Positions 47,960 through 59,512 of a stretch of DNA of 64,000 nucleotides are shown piece by piece (the stretch's first letter is position 1; every line of letters begins with the position of its first letter). The translations under genes and the position numbers were made by a program. The notes under the pieces were generated by a model. It made no database searches. It saw only the letters and a list, made by a program, of their open reading frames with translations, and had not been told where the DNA came from. This DNA comes from Heterodontus francisci (lineage: Eukaryota): the NCBI RefSeq assembly GCF_036365525.1, contig NC_090380.1, positions 82,407,658-82,471,657 on the forward strand. The letters are read 5' to 3'.

Positions 47960-49025
47960 GGAGTTCCCCAGGTGTCAGTGTTAGGACCCTTGCTCTTCCT
48001 GATATATGTAATTACCTCGACCTTGGTGTACAGGACACAATTTCAAAGTTTGCAGATGATACAGAACTTGGAAGCATTGTGAACTGTAGAACTTCAAAAG
48101 GATGTAGACAAGTTGATGGAATGGGCAGATAAGTGGCAAGTGAAGTTCAATGCAGAGAAATGTGAAGTGATTCATTTTGGTAAGAAGAGCATGGAGAGAC
48201 AATATAAAATAAAGGGTACAACTCTAAAAGGGGTGCAGGAGCAGAGGGACCTGGGTGTATATGAGCATAAGTCAGTGAAGATGACAGGACAGGTTGAGAG
48301 AGCGGTTAATAAAGCATACAGTATCCTGGACTTTATTACTAGGAGCATAGAGTACAAGAGCAAGGAAGTTATGTTGAACTTGTATAAGACACTAGTTCGG
48401 CCTCAGCTGGAATATTGTGTCCAATTCTGAGTGCTGCACTTTAGGAAAGATGTGAAAGCATTGCAGAGAGTGCAGAAAAGATTCATGAGAATAGTTCCAG
48501 GGTTGAGGAACTTCAGTTACGAAAATAAACTGGAGAAGTTGGGACTGTTTTCCTCAGAGCAGAGAAGGCTAAGAGGTGATTTGATAGAGGTATTCAAAAT
48601 TATGAGGGGGAAACTGTTCCCACTCATGAAAGAATCGAGAACCAGAAGGCACAGATTTAAAGTAATTGCTAAAAGAAGCAAAAGCGAGACAAAGAGAAAC
48701 TTTTCCACTCATGAAAGGATCGAGAACGAGAAGGCACAGATTTAAAGTAATTGGTAAAAGAAACAAAAGCGAGACAAAGAGAAACTTTTTCACACAGCGA
48801 GTGGTTAAAGTCTGGAATGCACTGCCTGAGACTGTGATGGAGGCAGGTTCAATCGAGGCATTCAAAAGGGATTTTGATAGTTATCTGAAAAAGAAGAATG
48901 TGCAGGGCTATGGGGATAAGATGGAGAAATGGCACTAAATGAATTGTTCATTCGGAGAGCGGAAGCAGACACGAAAGGCCAAATGGCCTCCTTCTATGCT
49001 GTAACAATTCTGTGATTCTGCGATG
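47960..49025 (+). mobile_element. CR1 LINE 3' portion in the V-C1 intron
   Basis: WADKWQVKFNAEKCEVIHFG, LYKTLVRPQLEYCVQF, WNALP; internal ~80-bp duplication near 48610-48780; attctgtgattctg tail. Confidence 0.92.
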
Positions 49026-49184
49026 TGGATAATAATCCTAAGAAATTTCTTTACAAAGATAGTAACAATTCATCTAACTTATGACCAGAAAAGACAATTA
49101 TTAGGTGAAAATACAACAAATTTATGTTATCAATACAATTGCATAGTAATATATAACATATATATTTCATATAATAATTCATAC

Positions 49185-49556
49185 CTTCTACTATAAGGCT
49201 TGTTGTGTCCCCTTGTATTTCGTGGGTAGGTGGTGGTATAAGGAATACAATCCTACAGTAATAAAGGTCTGCGTCATTTAATTGGAGATCTCGGATGAAA
49301 AAGTGAGTAACATTAGCACTGAGCTCCAAAGAAATGTTCACTCGACTGTTGCATTCAGAACTCCATGTCGGCATCTTATTCGTATAAAGTATTCTACATA
49401 GAGGCTTTTTCCACATATTCCTCCACCAGGAAACAGACATCATTTCTGCCTTGGATCGATTGTACCAGTAGGAATAAGTGATGTTAACGTTTTCTCCCTT
49501 TACTGCTCTGAGAATAGTTGGAGTTTGGAGAACTTGGTCTTCACTACATGTCAAAA
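49185..49556 (-). CDS. IgSF V-C1 receptor exon 2 (V-set domain with germline J-like G strand)
   Basis: 372-nt phase 1-1 exon (aacag|TT ... GAA G|gtatga). V-set motifs: VLQTP, GENVNIT, VSWWR, IRDLQLNDADLYYC, then LIPPP...QGDTTSLIVE. The B-strand Cys position is Tyr. Confidence 0.9.
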
Positions 49557-50710
49557 CTGTTCCCATGTAAAATCAAAACAGATGAGCATTGTCAGTTAAA
49601 AACTATTCAACTATTTCTCTGTGAATCTGCTCAGTTACTTAAAGACATGATTTTAATATTAAAATTGAAATGATAATTCTTACTGAGCAAGAAATTACAT
49701 GGGTTCTGTAGATCTGCATAAGTTGTGTTCATTTTTTTCTTTTGTTTTGAATCAAAGTTTGATTCTAAGAAACAATGAAATCAAGGTATGAAACCTAGAT
49801 GAACTGTACAATCAATCATGGAAAAGCATTGTCACTGCTTGTTTTAATAATACTAATTTGTTATAGGGAGAGGTTTGTAATATTAGTTTGAAAGACCAAG
49901 ATATTTGTAATATCAATGTGCTTTGTCAAAAGAGGTCTAAAATATCATTGTTTGATTCAATGAGAGTTTAATGCCTTTCCAATTAAGTCAGGTACATTGA
50001 AATGCAGCATTAAGATTGTTGCCAGCAAAATAACTGATTCGGTTATTTCTCATGTTCAAACATTAACCAGTGCAAGGATCCTGCATGGTTCTGCTCTATT
50101 CCTAACATCAATGCGTCTTCTTGGTGAATTTATATCTCTTACTGTGCTGGATAGTCTACACACTGCTAAAACAAAATTGAAACTATGCATTGCTTGTACT
50201 GGAGAGTTTTCGACAAGTTTAATACCTTCAAAAGTCTGCAAGTGCCTGTTTCAAAAGCACAGCTCACCTATCACCATGCTAACTGTGGGGATATGTTCAT
50301 AATGCACCAGACACGACAAGATTTAGAATGAAAGTTTTTGAACTTTAATTGATGTTTAAATAAAATTACATTTAAAAACTGGATAGCAGGAAATAAGATT
50401 GACAAGATTAATACCATTGCATTACCAGTCACATCTTAACATATTTTTCTGCAGACAAATGCTTCATGAAACATGGTTTCCTCTTCAAATTCGTGACATA
50501 TTCCTTTCTAAATAATTTAGTTTTCTGTGAAAAAAATACAGACCAACACCCGGTGGTGTCCTCTGCGATATTTAGGCCACCTGAAAGTTTGGCAAAAAAA
50601 CCTGCAAGGCCAGGAACTTCAGTGACAGAAAAATGGCAGGAACTTAAAAATGTTTTGCAGACTGTTCTCTCAAAATCACTAGCATTATAAGAATAAATAA
50701 GCATCCTTAC

Positions 50711-50765
50711 CTACAGTAACCATGAGGAGAATCCACTTGGTAAAACAGTTAATGAATAAAGACAT
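50711..50765 (-). CDS. IgSF V-C1 receptor exon 1 (leader/signal peptide MSLFINCFTKWILLMVTV)
   Basis: ATG at 50765 in AAAATG context. 18 codons + 1 nt, ending at a strong phase-1 donor G|gtaagg. Joins the V exon in frame to give hydrophobic ...ILLMVTVVLTCS-EDQVLQTP. Confidence 0.75.
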
Positions 50766-50854
50766 TTTGCCTAGCACCAGCTCAATTGACAAGTTCAGTT
50801 TTGAGACAGGGATAGCAGCAGCTTCTGCTAAAAAGGGGAAATGTATCTTTGTGG

Positions 50855-50900
50855 GTTTTCTTATATCAGTCTTCCTGTTTGACAATGCATTGTGGTGCTG
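50855..50900 (-). promoter_or_regulatory. candidate lymphoid-type proximal promoter (ETS + RUNX motifs)
   Basis: ACAGGAAG (50878-50871), TGTGGT (50891-50896) and a TATAAG-like motif ~95-130 nt upstream of the leader ATG. Short motifs that could occur by chance. Confidence 0.3.
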
Positions 50901-51203
50901 GTGTAATAATCTTTATTTTTAAATATATATCAAAATTAAGTAACCTATTAAAAAGATTAATTCAAAGCATGTCTGTGTGTGACAATTCATTGCATGTTTC
51001 TGTTAAGACTGAGCGAACCTTGTGTATTTTTCATGAGCTTTTCTGGCACTTCAATTCTACAACATAAGCAATTTCTTGTCAGTGCTTCAGAATTACTTAA
51101 CTTGGTGTGGGGCTGTTAATTCTTTCCTTTTATTCACTTTTCACAAATCTGTAATTAAATGGTATTAGGAAATTTCTCTTGGAGAATTTCATGCATACTT
51201 ATC

Positions 51204-51740
51204 AGGGGGCTAAATTGAATTGCTCCCCAAAATGGGATGGCATTGCGTGATTACTCTGCGCCTGTTCAAAGTGATACAGGCAGCATGCAAACTTTATGTT
51301 CCGGCTCAATTCCATAATTTGACATGCAGACCAGCATTGAATGTGCTGCTGAGTGGACGCACACCTTAATAAGCAGCCCAAGTTAGTGCAAGGCAAGCAC
51401 CATTTACATTTAGCATGCATTACTTAAAGTCAACCTGTACCTGTTATTGGGGAAGTGCATTCTTGCTGCAGCAGGAACTGAAACTGTTTGAACAACTTTG
51501 GAAGACCTTCAGGAAGGAACTGAAATGGTGCAACAGGCCAGAGAGCTTGCCCCCAGGTTTTGGGATGTGATGCTGGAGTCACAAGTGCAAGAGATTGACT
51601 GGAGGAGAGATGTTCTCCTCCATCAAGAGGCCTGGAAACCCTCCAGACTGGTGCTTAGAAGGTTTTGGGAGCAGGTGGCCAAGGCTGTCAATGCTAATAT
51701 TCTGCCATAAAGTACCTGGATGCAGAGCCATAAGAAGATT
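51204..51740 (+). mobile_element. Harbinger remnant with Myb/SANT-like ORF fragment
   Basis: GGGGGCTAAATTG start; APRFWDVMLE...RRDVL...WEQVAKAVNA...KKIND. Confidence 0.65.
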
Positions 51741-52495
51741 AATGACAAGTGGTCAAAGTTAGTGAATCCATGCTTACATGACCATAATACAGTAAGTTTT
51801 AGCATAATCGTGGAAAAGGACAAAGATAAAACAGGAGTGAAAGTTCTAAATTGGGGGAAGGCAAATTTTAAGAAGCTGAGAAGAGACCTGGCGAAAGTGG
51901 ACTGCATACAGCTACTTGAAGGAAAATCAGCGGCAAACGAGTGGGAGGCATTCAAAAGCGAGATTCTACTGGCACGGTATAGACATGTCCCCCCAAAGAT
52001 AAAGGGTGGGTACTGCCACTTCTAGAGCCCCCTGGTTATCTAGAAGCTTACAGGGTAAGTTAAAGCAGAAAAAGAAAGCTTATGACGATCACAAAAATCT
52101 TAATAGTTTAGAAAGCCATGTGGAGTATAGAAAGTGCAGGGCAGAAGTAAAAAAGGAAATTAGAAAAGCAAAGAAAGGACATGAAAAGCTATTGGCCGGT
52201 AAAATCAAGGAAAACCCAAAGATGTTTTATCAGTACATTAAGAGCAAGAGGATAACTAAAGAAAGGGTAGGGCCTATCAGGGATGTACAAGGGAACTTGT
52301 GCATGGATGCAGAAGATGTGGGCAGGGTTTTCAAAGGTACCTGGACATGCACCTGAAGTGCTGTAATCGGCAAAGCTATGGACCAGGTGCTGGAAAGTGG
52401 GATTAGATTGGGCGGCTAGTTTTTTCGGCCGTCATGGACATGACGGGCTGTATGACCTCCTTCTGTGCCATAATCTTTCTATGGTTCTATGGTTC
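51741..52495 (+). mobile_element. CR1 LINE fragments (EN-RT linker and 3' tail)
   Basis: DHNTVSF, NWGKANF, IKENPKMFYQYIKSKR; ttctatggttctatgg tail. Confidence 0.85.
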
Positions 52496-53529
52496 TCTGA
52501 CATATCCTTCCAACTGCACCACCAGCTTCCATTCACCCCACCCTCTTCCCTCACCTACCAATAGTCAATGTCAACCACAACTCAAATCTCACTTTCATAT
52601 GCTTCAGCATAGACATTCATGTCTCACAGCATCCACATACCACCATCTATTCAATTGTAGCAGGCACATCGCCCAAACACATTGCACCACAATAACTGAC
52701 ACATTTCCCTTTCTCTCACAGGATAAATTGCCTACTCTGTGTACTTCCAGTGCACACACGTACTATCACCCTCAACAACAAGGTAATCAGTGCTGACTGT
52801 GCCAGAAATGGTCAGTAGCAGCCCTCACACCATTTTCCACCAGAACTAGCACTGTTAGCGCCAAAACCACTGGTGTTATGTTAAATTTTGCAGCCTCAGT
52901 AAATTGCTGGAGAAATACAATTTCTATTGATTACATGTAACTCAGATCATCATTATGGTAAAATGTTTAAATGTGGTATTAAAATATTCACTTAACAATT
53001 AACAGAAGTGAACACAAATTAGTGAAGATAGAATAGTTCAGAGGTTAAGTTTCTGTTCAGTCCAGTCCACCTCCCATTTAATCCTTGTATGAAGCAGTGT
53101 TTGCGGGTGGGAGATAATTGTACCCAAGTGCACAGACATTATTCAGCCCTCATTCTAACATCATACATTTTGTCCTTACTTGCTGTTTCCACAAGTTGAT
53201 CTACCATCGTGATGCACATGGGGGCCTGAATTTTATTCTGCTCTGCGGCAGCGTGCTTTGAACTCGGCGGCATGCCCGCATTCAGTGGCTGCCGCCAAGC
53301 CCCCGCGATATTATACGCAGGGGCTCATTAGCATCACTGCGCCGCCCCCCCCCCCCCACCTCCCATCTTACATGGAGAGAGGCGGGACATCCAGCGCAGT
53401 GAGGAACCTTTTGACAGCTGTGTAGCAGGTGCTGGGGTCCTATTTAACGTGCCCCAGCACCTGCTACCTGACAGCTGTGAAATAAATACTTACCTCGCCG
53501 TTGAAGAGTGGGGCTGCTGTCAATCTGGT

Positions 53530-53702
53530 AGCAAAGCAGAAAGTGCTGAAAAAACTCAGCAGGTCAGGCAGCATTTGTGGAGAGAGAATCAGAGTTAACT
53601 TTCAGATCTATGACCAAGATCACAGACCTGAAAGTTAACTCTGCTTCTCTCTCCACGGATGCTGCCTGACCTGCTGAGTTTCTCCAGCACTTTCTGCTTT
53701 GC
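53530..53702. repeat. fold-back inverted repeat derived from Penelope terminus
   Basis: ~83-bp arms (GCAAAGCAGAAAGTGCTG...TTTCAGATC / ...CTGAAAGTTAACTCTG...CAGCACTTTCTGCTTTGC) with a short loop. Confidence 0.85.
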
Positions 53703-54289
53703 TGTCACATACTTACCCTGCTGTGTCCCAGTGTCCTGTGAGGTTGCGATCCTCTTCTTCCACTCAAGTGTACCATTCCTTCTTGTAGGTGTGCCACACC
53801 TGGGTGAATAATCTTAATTTTGCACGTTCCAGTCGTGAGACTTAACTGTACTACAAAATGCAAATACACAACAGAAATAAAACCATAATTGATGAATATT
53901 TACATACTATGGGTTTCTCATCATCTGACTGTGAAAAGCTGCAGACTAAAATATGCATTCAGAATCTGTATTCATTTCTCTGCTAACTGTTATGTGAAAA
54001 GACATTAAATGACCTTTGTTCAAAAAACAGGAAAATATGTTAATGTTCTAGCTGCATTGCCAACTACAAATATTACGCCAATAATTATGATCAGCTGCTG
54101 CAGAAGTAAAGTGTTTGTGAACATGCGTCAATGTGTAACAGTTGAAAAACCATGACACCAGCACAGATTTCCTCACTAGTCCTGCACTGGTTTTCCAACA
54201 CGTGCAAGACAAACCTTGCAGCCAGAAGTTAGAGCAGTTACACGATGGAGTCACCTTTGCAATTAAAGGACCACACCAAAACCCAAGGA

Positions 54290-55515
54290 TGCCAGAGGGG
54301 TACTCGAGGCTGACCCCACAGTTCAGCAAAGCCTCCCTGGTTACTCTCCTCCAGGCTGTGCGGACAAGGCGGGAGGTGCTTTTCCCCAGCCATGGTAAGA
54401 AGAGGCCCTCCTGCCTGAACAAGGCAGCCTGGCTGGAGATGGCAAAGGAGGTGAGTAGCCGTGGGGTCATCCGGCGTGAAAGGGTCCACTGCCGGAAGCG
54501 GATGAACTAGCACTCCCTCAGCAAGCTGGGGCCCTCTAGGCTTCGTGCACACAGGGTACGAGTGCCATATTCATCCACAGCCAAAGGGCAATCAGGTCAG
54601 CAGCCTTCCTCCAGTCAGGCTGCTAGCGCAGAGGTTGCACCGAGAAGGGTTTACAGAGAACACATTGACACAAATGGGAATGTACGGGTGTCACAGCAAT
54701 GTAAATACGTCTTTCACTAAATGTTCCTCACCAAGATGTGTGTCCTATTCTCTGTGTGAATGATGTGTTCCAGCATGTAGCACCAATGTCACATCCATTT
54801 GCACCGTTGGCCCTTCAGGAGAGCCAAAATATGCAATAACATCATTGCCATGCCATCATTACTCATGAGCTTCTCCATGGATGCAGTGACATGGACATTG
54901 GCTCACTCAGCTGCTGCCTCTAATGGTTTACACAGGGATGTTGCAGATGTAGACTGGTGCACAGCAGGTGAACGAGGGTGATGTGTGGCTTGCAGAGCTC
55001 ATGTTGGTTCCTATGGAGCAGAAAGCCTTTGTCTGATAAGCCACTGCCATACATCCCTAGCTCACTGCTAGCCCTGCATGCAGACCCTGTGTGCCATCTG
55101 CCCTCTCATGCGCCTTCCCTATCGTAGGTCCTCAGCTTCCTCATTGTCTGAGAAGGAATCCTGTTGACGTCTCTCCTCATTACGCCATGCTTCCCCCTTT
55201 TGGATGCATAGTTGTGCAGAGCACAGCGAGCAGCAAAGTAAGGAGCTGGCCTTTTCATTCCGTAGTACAGGGTATTACTCTATCCATCCAGGCATTGGAA
55301 GTGCTCTTTTAGCATGCCGATGGCCTGCTCTATGGTGGCTCTTGTAGCTCAGTAGTTGGCATTGTATCTCTCCTCTGCAACAGTGGTGGGATCACTCACT
55401 GGTGTCGGGAGCCATGTCTGCAAGGGATAGCCCTTGTCTCCAAGAAGCCACCCCTCCATCTGAGCCACTTCAGTGAACAGCAGTGGCAGCTGGGACTAGC
55501 GCAGGGCCCAGGTGT
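54290..55515. mobile_element. Harbinger remnant: Myb/SANT ORF (+) and convergent transposase fragment (-)
   Basis: PQFSKASLVTLLQAVRTRREVLFP...AWLEMAKEVS...CRKRMN (+); [15 protein letters not shown] at ~55410-55453 (-). A related TIR segment lies at 53222-53480. Confidence 0.8.
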
Positions 55516-55789
55516 GTGGGTTGTTAACCAGCATTACTCAAATAGACACAAAAGAAAGCTAGAATGGTCTGTGACCTTTAAGCTGGTCTACATTATATCC
55601 GTTTCACAAGTCGGGGCGGTGAGTGGGATAGCATTTGTGTACTGAGAGGTGGAAGGATGTTTACCGAAGGCAGCCAAAGCCACAGTGATAAACAATCTAC
55701 CATTGAGTAGCCAAATGTTCTTTAATGAGAAATATTTCGGTCGGAGATGTTCAAACATTTTGTCCCTCTGGACCACTTAAGTTCACACA

Positions 55790-58700
55790 ATAGATCCTGT
55801 TGGGTGTTTCCAATCGAGTGAGGGTCGTTCAGCCTTGCTGGTGACTACTGAACCCACTTATTTACGCTTGAAGGTCTGGAAGGCCCTTATGAATCACACT
55901 GAAGGATGACGAATGATGCAATCGACACAGGTTTCAGATTTCAACATGTACAGTGAATCTCAATATGGCAAAACTAAAGCAAACGTTCTTATATGACTAA
56001 CAACAAATAGATAACTTCCCCTTGGAATTCTTAAACTAAGACTGGCTTCACCCCTTTGGGGCAGTCCTTCCTCCAGTGGCCTGCTTTCCCACACCCATAG
56101 CACGTCTCTGGCTTGCTGGTGTCACACCCTTCCTGACGCCATTCTTTCTTAGACTCACTGGTTCGAGCCTCATGGAGCTTGCCCTTTGGCTTGACCCCCC
56201 CTCCGGACTCGGCTTTAAAAGCCAGGCTGAGCTTCCTCAGCACACCTGCAGCCATGTTTGCGAGGTCTTCGGGGTCAAACCAATTCTCGGCCCTGCTCCT
56301 GACCCCGGGCAAGCTGTTTACCACGAGGTGCCTAAGCCAGTGATTCCTGGGAGCCCCAATCAACTGTGCCCAGACGACCACCCCCGTAGCTGCCTTTGCA
56401 TAGACCGGCCAGAGCCGGTCCCCAAATGCATCTGGGATCTCTCCAGGCAACTGCCTGATCTTTTCAACCTGTAAGAATGGATCCCCTGGTTATGCCCCAT
56501 AGCTACAAGGATCTCATCCTTTAGGGCCTCTGTGGTGCCTCCCCCCATCTTGGTAGCTGCGGGGAGACTCAGATACAGCCTCCCATCTCGGGAGAACAGC
56601 ATCAGCCTGTTCATCTCGCCCTCGCTACACCCGTTGATCCCCCCAATCTGCTCCATCTCCATGAAGTGAACTGAGGGGTCCCCATCCTGTCTTAACTTGG
56701 CCATTCCTGCAAGCATGGCTTGCAACTGAGGGTTGGTGTAAGGCACCACATAGTCGCTTTGCAACGGCCCTTGGTCTCTGTTTGCTGCTGGCGGACCAAA
56801 CCTTTGCTGTTGCAGAGGACACATGGGATTCCCTAGCATCTATTGCTCTTCCTGGGATCCCATAACCTGAGCCCTACTGGCGGCTCTGCGGTAACCCTAC
56901 TGGCGGGCTCCGCTTCCTGGACCCTACTGGCAGGACCTACACTCTGAATCTTGCAGGCAGATTCTACAGTAACCCTACTGGCGGGCTCACCCTGACCTTC
57001 CTTGTCCCTGACTAGCTCAGCTGCCCCCGGAGCTATCAGACTAACCATCCCTCTGGCCTTCAACAAGGCTTTGGTCAGCTTTTGGATCTCCTCCCTACAG
57101 GGTCTGTGATCCGCATCCTTGCACCTCCTCTCCTGCACAACCTTGTACGCTACCCTCATGTCGCTGAGGTGCCCCTCGGCTGTACCAGCCCTGGCTTGTA
57201 GCCTTTGATGTCCTCTCGGAGACCCTGAACTTGCACTTGAGCTTCAGTTACCTGACATTTCAAATACTCGTTCTGGATACAAGATGCTTCCTCTCGAGCC
57301 CCGCACTCCTTCCTTGCGGAGTGGAGATCCTCCAGTAATCTACTCCCAGCCATCCCTCTAACCTCACCCTCTTCCTCGGAGGCCTGCAGCTCTAATTCAA
57401 GGCCACTCACTTACTCCCTGAGCTTCTGGATTTGCTTTTGCAGAGATAGCAACCACACAGCCTTTCCCTTGGACTTTTTGCGACTCTTGCTACCTGTCCA
57501 GTCCTCTGCCCTCTGCTGAGGGCCATCAGAATGGATCACGTCCAGAATCCATGGCTGGGCCACATTAATTTGCACGTACACATATGAGGAGATTCTTTCC
57601 TCCATACCCAAACATCCACCTGAAAGCATTTCCATATCTTTCAGTGAGTTCATTGCCAAACCTCCTACCTGACTGTCTAGATCTGTAGGGTGTTCCGATC
57701 GTGCGAGGGTCATTCAGTCTTGCTGGTCATGACTGACCCCACTTATTTACGGTCAAAGGTCTGGGCTTACCATTATGAATCACACTGAAGGATGTTGAAT
57801 AATGCACTCGACACAGGTTTCAGATTTCGAATAATAAAAGTGTGTTTAACATGTACAGTGAATCTCAATATGGCAAAACCGATGCTAACATTCCTATATG
57901 ACTAACAACAAATAGATTACTTCCCCTTGGACTTCTTAAACTAATCCCCTTCGTGTTCCCTTACTCACAGTCAGTTAACTCCCAACATTACACTAACCTT
58001 CTTTTCTAAGGTTTGGTCAGGACATGTGGAGGTAACTCTCCACACGCCTGTGAGTTGAGTATTGTGCAGGCTGTAGATGAAATGCTCACCCCGCTGACTT
58101 TGTCTGCCGGGTTGTGTCTTCTACGATCGAAGTCCTTGGGGGCCGTACCCGTTCCTTTGGGCATGCGACTTCCTTTGGTCCTGGTTGTAGAGAGAGCAGC
58201 GTGCTCTGATCTTCTGTCCTGTTGAGCTGTGTGGCTGGTGTCTGTTTGACATCAACTGTTCGACCCACCTCTCCTTCACAGGCTGCTTCAGTTCTAATGT
58301 TTCAGCGGTCCTGCTTTTTCCGCCAAAACCAAATGTTTCCTTGTTTTCTGACTGATCTTGTCAGATGGTGGAAAATGTTTCGATTGGTTCCTGGAGAGAA
58401 AACTTTGTTTGAATGTGTAGTATCTTCCCGCCTCTCATCTAGCTGGTTTCGGTGGAGTGGGGGTGGTGGGGGGGGAGACAATGGGAACTGCTGGTCTTGT
58501 GTCATCTAGTTGAATACAATACGAGGTATGAACTGTTTCCGATGGGTTCTGTTGTCCAGACCGATTGACTTGATTATATCAACCGGTGGATTTCGTTGTC
58601 TCTTTAGCCAGCTTGAAGCCAGTGATAACATAGGGGGCTGGCTGAGCGCAGAAGGCAATGTCTCTATTGGGGTGGGTTTTGGTTTAGCATTTGAAAAGCT

Positions 58701-58800
58701 TGTCCTTTCTGGTCTGAGACCAACAGTCTGTCCTTTGGTAACTGTGTTTTAAACAGGGTCCTTTTCACAGCCATTTTCCCAAAACTGGGGTTTTATCCCT
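55790..58800 (-). mobile_element. LTR-retroelement/ERV-like remnant: disrupted gag between ~250-bp direct repeats
   Basis: Coiled-coil N-region, PGEIPDAFGDRLW (MHR-like), CYGCGKAGHWRKDC knuckle (56031-57650, several frameshifts and stops); repeats at 55791-56038 and 57678-57944. Confidence 0.75.
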
Positions 58801-59512
58801 GGAAAATAAAGTCTTGGATTAAAAATGGGAATCCTGTATTCTCAAGGGCCATATATACAGGCTTGAGGGGCTGAATGGCCTACTCTTGCCCCTACGTTCC
58901 TATGGGTGTGAAGCCAAGGCTCTTCATGGCAGGCACAGCTTGAAAATACAGGTACATGTCTAATTGTGTGTTGAATTATTTGCCTTCTTGGTCATGTTCT
59001 TTGTATTTATATGATGATAAACTGTTTATTTATCATATAAATACACAAGCACAGGACCTAAAAGGCAATTAACACAATTGCTCACATGATTGTAAGATTC
59101 CTAGGTTTTGTGCACAAACTTACTGAACATGGCATCACAACACAAAAGGCCTCAGTTTATTTACAAGGAAAACAAAATGATCTAGAGATAAATTAACCGG
59201 ATATATCTCAGATACACGGATTCATACTGGTAAGATGCCTTATTTCTCCCTCCCGTGCTTGGGTTTGAATCAATTCAGTTGCTCAACTCTTCACTTTATT
59301 CAAGTATTTTGATTTATCATCCTCCCTACTAAACATATAATTTGTTGCACAGTTAGCTTAAAATAACTACATATACAAGTCAATCGGAAACCATTGTAAA
59401 TGTTCATTATTGTATGTTTCAGGAGGTGATCACCCACATCTTAAGGCAGAGAGGAAATGGGTGACTGTTAGATGTATAAGTAGGCAGTAGTGCATAAGTC
59501 CCCTGAATGCGT

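Noticed and set aside
46970-49200. Rearranging Ig/TCR V, J or C segments and RSS
   Set aside because: No heptamer follows the V F-strand and the G strand is already joined in the exon. The CACAGTG copies near 46998 and 47209 lack a nonamer at 12/23 spacing. The TM lacks TCR charged residues.
54142-54510. Host Myb/SANT (MSANTD/NAIF1-like) gene
   Set aside because: Isolated fragment paired with a decayed Harbinger transposase; best explained as a transposon remnant, as is 51498-51740.
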